From the NCBI GenBank assembly GCA_018985225.1, contig JADGIF010000283.1:1-11794 (forward strand): a DNA stretch of 11,794 bases, read 5' to 3'. A program made the translations under genes and the position numbers. The stretch comes from Amoeboradix gromovi X-113. Lineage: Eukaryota > Fungi > Sanchytriomycota. Below the pieces are notes generated by a model. It was given only the letters and a program-made list of their open reading frames with translations. It did no database searches and had not been told where the DNA came from. This document shows, in pieces, positions 1-8,800 of this stretch (within the stretch, counting starts at the first letter, position 1; each line of letters starts with the position of its first letter).

Positions 1-492
1 TTTCTTTGAAGTGTAATAGTGATATTTATTTGAAATAAAGATTGGATGAAAGAGTAAGAGAATAGCTGTACAGAATATTTATTTTCCTTTTATACTCGTC
101 AACTCCGCAACTGGCTGAATGTCCACTCGCCTCTTAAATCCATAAAATTAATAAAGCTGAAATAATGCTCCAAGTTGTTACACAAAGTTAGTCCAGTTTT
201 TATATTTGATGTCCTAATTGGATGTTTTGAACTCGGGAAAAAGCAGCACCTGAGTCTTTGCACCAAGTGTATGCACATGCTTGTTAATTGGCATACTGCA
301 GTGGCCCTCTCTGCAGTGCCCACAACTATCACCGCCATAATACATCAGCCTAATAAAATTTGTGTTAATAAACTTTTTGATTGGTTTGGTCATCTCATTG
401 CTCACTATCTCTTTTTCTGTATGTCTTTCCTTTCATCCTCCCAGTCTTTTTATATGCAATCAGAGTATTTGGAGAATTTTGATCATCTTACA

Positions 493-2575
493 ATGGAGGA
501 AAATTTACTCAGCGATAATGATTTAATTACCTTTGATCTGAGCAGATTGGTTAGCCTGATTAATGCACTAGGAAGTATTGAGCTGAATCAGTATAATGAG
601 GAAATCTATGTTCTTGGAGATTGCGCTTTTGATGTTTTGCAGGATATCAAAAACATTTTGAAAGATGAAGAGTTAACAAACCAGCGGCCTTCCTTAAAAT
701 GGCTAATTAATAAGAGGTTTGTTGAGACTGATCTCTTGCCCATTTTGTCCGACCATATGAATAACAAAAAAATTTCACTTTCAGTTCTTGAATTGCTGGT
801 TCCACTGACTTGGCCTGCACATCATCAAGAATTACAGGTATATCACAAAAAACTGTTCGCAAATGAATATCATCTGAACAAGGTCAAGATGCTAGTTGTT
901 AAGCTTTTCAGTGTTGACTACCGTAAGAGAGAAGATAGAGATCAAGCACTATTGCGATTGGCTATGCTGTTCTTTCGCAATATACTAAGAATTCAGGATC
1001 CTAGGAACGTTAAAAATGACTTTGAGTTGGTCCCGCTTCATGAACAAGTTGTTGTCTGTTTTTCAAACTGCAAAATTTTCGACTTAATTTTAAAAATTAC
1101 TTCGAATTTGGAAAAAAAGGAGTTTTATTCTTGGAATAGCATTATACTAGATGTTTATGACTCTATTTTGTTCAATATCAAGGATCTGTTTAACAGCAAT
1201 CATGAGTTCTCTGAACTGTTGAAATCCGAAATGTTGAGCAGACCAAAACTGGAAATGACTTCTGCAATGAAATACAACGCTAAAGTAAATATTATCGGCA
1301 TTAATAACGAGGTAGTCAAGAGCGTTTCTGGCAATTTAAATCCAAGTATTTCAGGTATGGATCGTCAAAAACATTTAAAATATCGAAGACAAAAGAAATA
1401 CTCTGTTGGACTGCATCATTCCACCAACATTTTACTAAAACAAGGTAATCAGATTGTACACAAGGTCCTTGTAGATTTACTAGCTACAGGAGCCGATCCG
1501 TTAATTAGTACCTTGTTGAGGGATATACAAAGCCATAAACATCACTGCACAGAAGAATCCAGAGTCTATTTGGTAAGACTAATCAGGCATATGCTAGAGT
1601 TTATGATATACAACCACAAGAAAAAGATACTTGAATATGATTCCGTCACTCTAAACTGGAATATGCTGAGTCAACTGTTTTCCACAAACTTTATTAGATT
1701 TATAATGATTTGTTTGCAATCTACAAGCGACGAGAAACAAAAGTACACAGAATATGCATTGGTTGCCGAATGTTTTGCATTCTACGTCCAAAGCTTGCAG
1801 GTATTGTGCCAACAAGCTGAGCTGTTAGATATCGGGAAGTCGATATTGTCTAAAATATTCTACGATGAGAGACTGATTCAAATAATCACAAGCATGACAA
1901 GGCAAGCCAGATTCTATGGTTATGGTTTAATAAAAAGCTGTGTCATTCTGAATGATTCGATATTCAGAGGTACTTTTATCTCATTTAGGATTAGAATTCT
2001 ACAAGAATATAAACCATTTTATTTTCATGAAGACAAAAATCAAAGGAAATGAAAGGCAAGTAGAACTTGGCATGTTTGAGAAGTATTTTGCAAATGAACC
2101 TATCTTGGAGACATATGTCCTGGCATTAGAGATACCGTTGACTACGTACTTGCTTCATGCTATCATTAAGATGATTCACCGTATACTGTTTAATCAGGAC
2201 ATGACTCCGTTAATATTTAAAATGAAATATTTAATCACTCTACAAAAGGCGATAACTACTCCAATGGATGTTAATGATGGAGAAAGAAATAGCTTGATTC
2301 AGTTAGCATCTAAAATTGGCAATTTGATTAAGAGAGACTTGAAAGACAATCCAAAACATGTAATTGAATTTTATTGCACTAAAACTAAGTCGGATATCCA
2401 AAGAATTAAGGGACAAGTGAAAACCCAAGAAAACGGAAATGGTGAAGATATATTGGTCGATGATATACCAGAAATAGTGCAAGACGCAGCAAGGATAAGG
2501 ATCGTGCCTTGTATAAAAGAGTTTAAAGTTGATTTAGGATCGCCATCTTTGCCTGTATTACCGATAGAAGAGTAG
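493..2575 (+). CDS. TOF1: Timeless/Tof1/Swi1 replication fork protection complex subunit; exons 493..1969 and 1989..2575 (~687 aa; alternative starts ATG 454 or 421)
   Basis: Timeless N-terminal motifs LVSLINALGS..YVLGDCAFDVLQDIK, FVETDLLPIL, LELLVPLTWP and LFFRNILRI match fungal Tof1/Swi1. ORFs 175..2052 and 1952..2575 are joined in frame by removing the 19-nt intron 1970..1988 (…SIFR-G-LEFYK…). The extension from 175 has a non-ATG start and no recognisable similarity. Confidence 0.88.
1970..1988 (+). other. 19-nt spliceosomal intron (GTACTTTTATCTCATTTAG), phase 1
   Basis: GT…AG ends, AT-rich; removal fuses the two overlapping Tof1 ORFs exactly in frame; 3' end resembles the other two introns. 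Confidence 0.88.
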
Positions 2576-2710
2576 ATCAATAAACAAAGTTGTTGTTATT
2601 TGCGAGTTGGATCTTGCAATCTTCATGATTTGGTATCCCCTTCTAATATACTTTGTTCCAATCAAATTGCCTTATATTTTCTGTGACTGGCTGCTTTCAA
2701 GTGAAAATCA

Positions 2711-4114
2711 ATGAGAACCTATTTCCCCTATTCACAACGGAAGATGCCTACACAGATAACGGTAGCTTCATCAGATGCTATAGATACTGAAACAGAAACA
2801 TCAACACTTGAAGATGGGCAAGATACGGGGATACAACCTGTGATGCCCTCAGATCCGAACATCCCAATTGCTAATTTAACAAATAATAATACACTTGCCG
2901 ATGACTCCACAGATTCAAAAGTCACAACAGAACCAGTGGTTTCAATACCTGCAACTGTAATTTCAAATGATGATGCGAAGAATGTTGATGCAGTAGCTCC
3001 TGTAGACCGTATTTCCAATAACATAGTAGCTGTTGAAAATGGCAACAAAAATATTACCTCCAGTATACAAGTTAACAGTATTAAATCACAAACTGATCCG
3101 GCTCAAGTTAATAATTCTATCTCAAATGTATCCGCTACTATACCAGCACCTTCTGCTGCTTCATTGCAACCTATACAAAATGTTGATAGTCCTACTGAAG
3201 CTGCTATCCCCCCTACCGTACAGATAAACGATTCAACAAAAGGTACCACCATTAATTCCATGCAGTCAGCTATTGTTCAAAGAACTGATGTTTGTGGTAA
3301 TGGGATATGTAGCAAGGATGAAAATTGTAAATCTTGTCCTCAAGACTGTCAGACACCCTGGAAAGGACCTTATAGTAACGCCAAGCCGCTTAGCTTTGCC
3401 AGAGATTGCATTGCATCCAATCCATATCTTTCCCAGTGCCAAAGCGGTAATAAAGTAGTGCTTCTGGCTTCCGTGGTTTTGCAGGAATCAAATTCAACTT
3501 TACCGATAACTAAAATTACCGAGCTTTTCAAGAATATTCCTGTCACCTATTTGATATTCGGTAACGACATGGACTCTTCTACAAAGCCTTCCCTTTTGAC
3601 CATTTTGAACAATCCACTGAACAGCATAGCCTTGAATTTGGGTAAAATAACGGGTCCAGATAGAGCCAAAGTGCTGATCGATACTTACTATCCGGAATTC
3701 CAAAACTTAAATAAGAAAAACATTTTGAATGCCGTTAACATAGTTAATATAAACCAGGAGTTTTCAGAGACTATAAATAATATGAAGCTTATTTTAGGAT
3801 TAGATGCACCAAAAAACATTTGGCAAGTCAGAGACAGAATAGATTATATGCGCAAGAACGAAGGACGGTCCTTTTATTTAAACCTGAATGCACATAGTGC
3901 AAAAAACTACAAGCTACTCAAATCGACGATAAGCCTTTTGAAGAAGAATGGAATACAGATTGTTGGACCACAGAACTGCGATGTGGGAGATACTTACGAA
4001 GGAAAGGAACTGCACGACCAAACAATAACTGTTGGATCAAACATTAGTGATGCCAACTCGTTGAATGGCTTTTACATTCTGTTGTTGTTTGTAGTATTTA
4101 CACATTTTCATTAA
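2711..4114 (+). CDS. Putative GPI-anchored cell-surface/wall protein: S/T/P/N-rich region, Cys-rich CGNGIC…ENCKSCPQDC module, degenerate NodB/CE4 (chitin-deacetylase-like) domain, hydrophobic C-terminus
   Basis: 467-aa ORF. C-terminal SDANSLNGFYILLLFVVFTHFH resembles a GPI signal. SQCQSGNKVVL, ELFKNIPVTYLIFG and ISLLKKNGIQIVGPQNC align by eye with the fungal CDA scaffold segments CxxPGxVALTFDDGP, LLKxxxxKATFFVxG and LKxKGYxxVTVxEC. The 5' end is uncertain because no signal peptide is in frame. Confidence 0.6.
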   Translation: MRTYFPYSQRKMPTQITVASSDAIDTETETSTLEDGQDTGIQPVMPSDPNIPIANLTNNNTLADDSTDSKVTTEPVVSIPATVISNDDAKNVDAVAPVDRISNNIVAVENGNKNITSSIQVNSIKSQTDPAQVNNSISNVSATIPAPSAASLQPIQNVDSPTEAAIPPTVQINDSTKGTTINSMQSAIVQRTDVCGNGICSKDENCKSCPQDCQTPWKGPYSNAKPLSFARDCIASNPYLSQCQSGNKVVLLASVVLQESNSTLPITKITELFKNIPVTYLIFGNDMDSSTKPSLLTILNNPLNSIALNLGKITGPDRAKVLIDTYYPEFQNLNKKNILNAVNIVNINQEFSETINNMKLILGLDAPKNIWQVRDRIDYMRKNEGRSFYLNLNAHSAKNYKLLKSTISLLKKNGIQIVGPQNCDVGDTYEGKELHDQTITVGSNISDANSLNGFYILLLFVVFTHFH

Positions 4115-4118
4115 TAAA
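4113..4118 (+). terminator. AATAAA polyadenylation-signal-like hexamer overlapping the stop codon (representative; also + 2579-2584, 4967-4972, 5230-5235, 11353-11358 and - 5241-5246, 5432-5437, 5893-5898)
   Basis: Present at or within 4 nt of the stop codon of every called gene. Confidence 0.7.
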
Positions 4119-4221
4119 CTAATCTTTAATCAATATTTCTTATTAGCCAGCGTATAAAATACCATATCTTAACCTGGGACAAACAATAATGAAGTTATTT
4201 TTTATTTGAAACATTTTAGAA

Positions 4222-4975
4222 ATGTCAGACTTGTTGAAATTAGCACCAGCGGGACAGGTAGAACAAATGGCAGCAGATTTAACAGCGTTGACTGCGAAAG
4301 ACTATACCGAACAGATTGTCAACTATTATGAGGATAACTTTACTATCTTGAAAGTAAATAATCTGCCTGTAATGGTTTCCAAATTCAACAAAAGAGTAAA
4401 CGATGGCGAGACGACATATAGTGACATCAATGGCATATTCAAACTCGACAGATGTGAAGCCGTCAAAATATCTGACGCTACAGAAAATGAGCTTAACAAA
4501 CTCGTAAATGAGCTACAACTATGGATTAATGACTTCTACCCCAATGGTATTATTAGAGTTTTCGAATATGAGGAGGGCCATGAAATATGTATTAACTCTA
4601 CGGCAGTAAAATCCACTGCGTATTGGAGTTCACATTGGATATCTCATTACCATTTGCCAAAAGATGGAAAGGTAACTGCCACAGTCAAACTGCTTATTCA
4701 TTACTACGAAGATGGCAATGTTCAGATGAATGCAAATAAAACGTTCACGGTTGACCCATTAAAAGAATTCAATGTTAAAAGCGTATTGGATTTGATTAAA
4801 ACTGTAGAGCATAAATACCACGAGCAGGTTAAGACAGTAGATATGACAGAGACTTTCAAAAACTTAAGAAGGCAATTACCATTAACAAAACAAGAAATCG
4901 AATGGGAAAAGGTTTTTTGTATTCATTTAGGTAGCAGGCTATTCAATGATGAACAAGAAAGAAATAAATAAATAA
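4222..4975 (+). CDS. CAP1: F-actin capping protein subunit alpha; exons 4222..4911 and 4931..4975 (244 aa)
   Basis: Family motifs APAGQ, YWSSHWIS, HYYEDGNVQM and FKNLRRQLPLTKQEIEWEK. After splicing the C-terminus reads WEKVAGYSMMNKKEINK*, resembling the family WxK(I/V)xxYx(I/L)G tail. Confidence 0.95.
4912..4930 (+). other. 19-nt spliceosomal intron (GTTTTTTGTATTCATTTAG), phase 0
   Basis: AG|GT…AG|GT context; same length and TCATTTAG end as the Tof1 intron; removal restores a family-like capping-protein C-terminus. Confidence 0.82.
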
Positions 4976-5024
4976 TACTTGCTTTATACAACCGCTTTAC
5001 TTAATTAGTACTCCTCTCGATACA

Positions 5025-5234
5025 ATGAGTGAAAATATGATGGACGAGATGGACATGCTAACCGATATGTTCAACAGGATCAGTAATGCCTGCAGAGAAA
5101 AGTGCATAACAACCCCAAATGCTGACTTAAACAAAGGTGAAAGTGTGTGTATAGATAGATGTGTAGCGAAATATTTTAAAGTTAATCTAGTTATAAGCAA
5201 ATACTTTCAGGATTTACAAGCGAATAGAAAATAA
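5025..5234 (+). CDS. TIM10: Mitochondrial intermembrane-space small Tim chaperone Tim10 (twin CX3C), 69 aa
   Basis: EMDMLTDMFNRISNACREKCI…DLNKGESVCIDRCVAKYF matches the Tim10 signature closely. Confidence 0.95.
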   Translation: MSENMMDEMDMLTDMFNRISNACREKCITTPNADLNKGESVCIDRCVAKYFKVNLVISKYFQDLQANRK

Positions 5235-5244
5235 ATTCTATTTA

Positions 5245-5343
5245 TTAATACAAAGGACAATCTTTTCCTATGACATAAATGCTAAGTAGTGCAGTACCGG
5301 CAGTCAGTAAAATCGAACTATTTCGTTTAAAAATATGTATCAT
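5245..5343 (-). CDS. Putative 32-aa single-hydrophobic-segment microprotein MIHIFKRNSSILLTAGTALLSIYVIGKDCPLY
   Basis: ATG at 5343 to TAA at 5247-5245, read manually (too short for the ORF track). It fills the Tim10-Mix17 gap, has a basic N-terminus plus a hydrophobic stretch, and ends TAATAAA like neighbouring genes. Confidence 0.5.
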   Translation of the reverse strand: MIHIFKRNSSILLTAGTALLSIYVIGKDCPLY

Positions 5344-5432
5344 CCCACTCTGAAAAATAATAAGTTTTTGCAAATACTCAGAAAAAAAGATTCAGTGAGC
5401 AAGATGCTTGCAAGGGTTAATTCTAAATTTAT

Positions 5433-5837
5433 TTATTGTGCACAACTTCTCATCATATCATAGAAGTATCTACAACTTTCAAAGTTTTGATTATTTGATT
5501 CCATGCACTTTGTGAACTGGTCTTGATATGGTTTGCACATATCAGGCGACTTTTCACTTTGGAATGGTGATGAATGCTGCTCGGGTGGAGGAACTGTTTG
5601 CTGTTGTTCAGGTTCACTGCTTCTTCCTCCAAATAGCGCATTGCTAATACCACTACCAATAGTGTGTCCAACAGCTACACCAGTCGCAGTTGACATTGCC
5701 TGTGCCAACAATCCAGGTTGCTTTTGAACTGCTGGGACTTGAGGTTGGGACTGAACAGGGACCTGCGATTGTCTTTGTGGTGTAGAAGCAGATCGTCTTG
5801 AAGAAGATGCTCTTGATGAACGAGATCGTCTAGCCAT
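5433..5837 (-). CDS. MIX17: CHCHD2/CHCHD10/Mix17 (Mic17) mitochondrial twin CX9C protein, 134 aa
   Basis: Arg/Ser-rich presequence-like N-terminus, central QPGLLAQAMSTATGVAVGHTIG motif, C-terminal CKPYQDQFTKC…CRYFYDMMRSC (two CX9C). Confidence 0.93.
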   Translation of the reverse strand: MARRSRSSRASSSRRSASTPQRQSQVPVQSQPQVPAVQKQPGLLAQAMSTATGVAVGHTIGSGISNALFGGRSSEPEQQQTVPPPEQHSSPFQSEKSPDMCKPYQDQFTKCMESNNQNFESCRYFYDMMRSCAQ

Positions 5838-5893
5838 AAAAAGTTATCGTTTCACATTTTCTCCTAAAAATCTAGAATAGTATTAAAAATTAT

Positions 5894-8800
5894 TTATTTT
5901 CCTTCGATAGCAGTCAACAGCTTTATCTTCAACTCAGCATATCCTTCTTCCAAGTCCTCTTGGAATTCGATTTGATCATTCTTTATCAGCTTTTTATTTA
6001 AAATCAATGATTCTTCACTTAATTTCAAGAACTCCCTAAAAATCTTTTCCAGATGTACAATCTTTTCATGCGGCATTGTAGCTCTTTGTCCAAAGAACAC
6101 TTTTGCTATTTCCAAAGGTCCCGAATTAACTTGAACCCTCACACTACCACTCAGTACTCGCTGCAACTCCTTAATATCTGGTGGCTGCCGAGTTAGTACT
6201 AGTTTCATATCTACCAATCTCTCTTCTAGATTGTCGATGCAAACTTCTATTGGTGTTAGCTCATAGTCATCTATTTTTTTAATTTTAATTCTTTTAACCA
6301 AATATGGAAACGGTTTCTCAGTATAAACTACATACTTTCGTAGATATTGAGTGTCTACTCCTCCGTGTGCTTTTCCGTTCTTGGTAAATGGCGTACTGAA
6401 CACAAATTTGTCAATTTTAAAATTTTTATCAAACTGACTACCTTCTTTCGATGGTTTAACATGAGTTATTTGTATATAAGCCACGTCATCTTTTAGAGTC
6501 TTAACGTCTACTGTTCTCGAGTCCTGTATCAATTCAAGTTTTTCGCAAACATCGCCATATGTTGATTTCATTCTTTCGCATATCTCTGCCAATTGAGTAA
6601 CTAGTCTTTCTTTATAAATGAATTGCTGACCGTTGTATTTACCAAACTGCTTACCAAAGAATCCTACTCGATAAAATATATCGAACACTCTCCCATGGGT
6701 CATTTCCACTTTTAATAAGCTGTCATAGCAGTCCGCCATATTTCTATAGAGCTGCGATAAGCTAGCATAATTCTTTTGTGATTCATAGAGGGGAATTAAT
6801 AATTTGTAACCCTCATGAATAATCTCGTAAAACTTCGCATTTTGCATACAATGAAGTGATTCAGTTAAAAATTTGACTAATCCTCTTTCACTAAATTGTG
6901 GTCCCTGACCAATGGTGTCTGTTTCTATTGCACTTGAATCGCTAATTGGCGTCTCCTCGAATACCGATGGGCAAGTGCTAATAAACTTACTATTTTCATA
7001 ATGATAGTTTGAATTAGTCCTCGTTAAGAACTCTCCTATTATTGCGCTACAATGAAAATAACACACCGCTGCTTCTTGAAAATAGTTTCTACTTATATGG
7101 TATTGTGCTAATGATTCCAGTACGGCTATCCGTAAATCTGGTGTTCCCTTATATCCATTGATCAATCTCAAGTACAAATCACCCTTTATTTCGGGATCTT
7201 TTTCAGTGACTTGTCTCATTTCAGCCAAATCCTTGCATACTTGTATCAGTTCGTTCATGCATTTAATGAATTGCTGCGAAAATGTTTGGTCAGAAACATC
7301 TAGCTTTTTCAGACTTTCCAGTGTTGTGGTAAATTCAAAATTCGGTGGTGGTTCCAGCTGACTTAATGCCACTGTCATCTGTATTCTAGTCATTGCGAAT
7401 TCCTTGTTTTTCTCGTAGTTCTTTTCTAACAGATTAAAGAGCACTTGAACACCGCAAAGTTTGATTCTTGGGAAAATTGACCAGCTGAATGTAAATCCGA
7501 TCTTACTCAGATCTTGACAATACCTTGTTCTTTTCTGGAATATGTTAATGCTGAACTAAATTAGTATTAAGATACCACTGAAATAAAGTTTATAAGTATT
7601 GTAGTTGATTTATCCAACACATCCCTTGAATGTTCACCTTGTGTCACAGAAACCAACAAACTAAATATTTCGGACAAGTAGTTGTTCAAATGCGCGTATT
7701 TACCTTCTTTTATATCTTCGAGCGCACAATCTACAAAGTCAAGCGCCAAGAATCCTATCTCTTGCTGCAAACATGCCCATTTACGAGTGTAGTTGTTATA
7801 TTCCTTTGTATCTATCATTCCTGGCTTCTTATTTGTAAATTTAGTTTTAATGCTGTTGTTCGTACTTTCTCTTTTTCTGTTTATGGCGCTGTTCTTGTAC
7901 ATATTTTCAATGAAGGACTTTGCATCCTGTTGTTGCTGGTTTTGGTAGTCTAAGTAAAAATCCATTAATTTATGCTGCCCCGGATACAGAAACACTTCTA
8001 ACAGTAACTGAATTAGCGCAGTCATTTTTTCATGTGCTTCTACTCTTTGCAAAAACTTTATCAGCTGTAAATCAGTGTACCTTAAAATGTAAACAAAACT
8101 GGTTAATAAGGAACGATATTCAGCAGTACTATATTCAATCATTTTGCTCTTTAGTAAATCACAATTATCAAATACTTTAAGAGTAAAAGGCAGGAACAAG
8201 TATCCAAGCAATGAATCTCTGTATTCCGGTAAATGTTTTTCTTCACTGTATTGGAGAATATGTTCAATACACTGAATAGCTCTACTCCTTATATCGCTGT
8301 TTTCGTGTAGTACAAAATCTCCAAGTTGAGCAGCTAGCATGAATGCCAATTTATGGTGCTCAAATCCAAATTTGATAACACCTACTAATTTGGCGCCATG
8401 GTCCTTGTAATTAAACACTTTTTCAGGATGGTTTAATTCAAAAAAGTGCTCATGAGTGCCAATGCTCTTGATGAGATCAAACATCATACTAAGAGAATTT
8501 GCACTTCCGTCTTTCAACAACTTTTCAATGTGGCCTTGAAACATTCCGAACCATTGATCTTTTGGTAACACACTAATACCTACGGTCATAAGCTCACCAA
8601 ATGCGCTGTTCAACTCCTTTAGAATGAGTAAATTGTAGGTCTTGTTAATAACTTGATCGCTCATCAATTTCACGAGCTTTAAAAATCCAATCTTCTGTTT
8701 ATCGTCGATACTAGCACCTCCTGTTGTGAACCTTTTGGTGCTGAAGTTTTTACTCTCTAGTTCTTCCTTGACCAATTTGTTAATAATTTGCGAAATACAC

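Noticed and set aside
175-492. N-terminal extension of the 625-aa ORF
   Set aside because: It begins at a TTG, has no Timeless similarity and has atypical composition. The real start is more likely ATG 493 (or 454/421).
1952-2052. Programmed frameshift or pseudogenisation as the explanation for the split Tof1 and DOCK ORFs
   Set aside because: Both breaks are resolved exactly by GT-AG micro-introns with a shared 3' motif, and the proteins are otherwise intact.
2521-2537. 17-nt candidate intron GTTTAAAGTTGATTTAG near the Tof1 3' end, which would move the stop to TAA 2581-2583 within AATAAA
   Set aside because: It is not required for an open frame, is shorter than the three supported introns, and has no homology support. 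Worth checking in RNA-seq but not called.
6891-6909. 19-nt GT…ATTTAG look-alike on the minus strand inside DOCK (GTCAGGGACCACAATTTAG)
   Set aside because: It is relatively GC-rich, encodes part of a conserved-looking DHR-2 segment (GQGPQFSERGLV), and removal would frameshift the gene.
7569-7575. GTATCTT 5' splice site resembling the U12-type consensus GTATCCTT
   Set aside because: The match is imperfect, there is no U12 branch motif (TCCTTAAC), and the other two introns do not share it.
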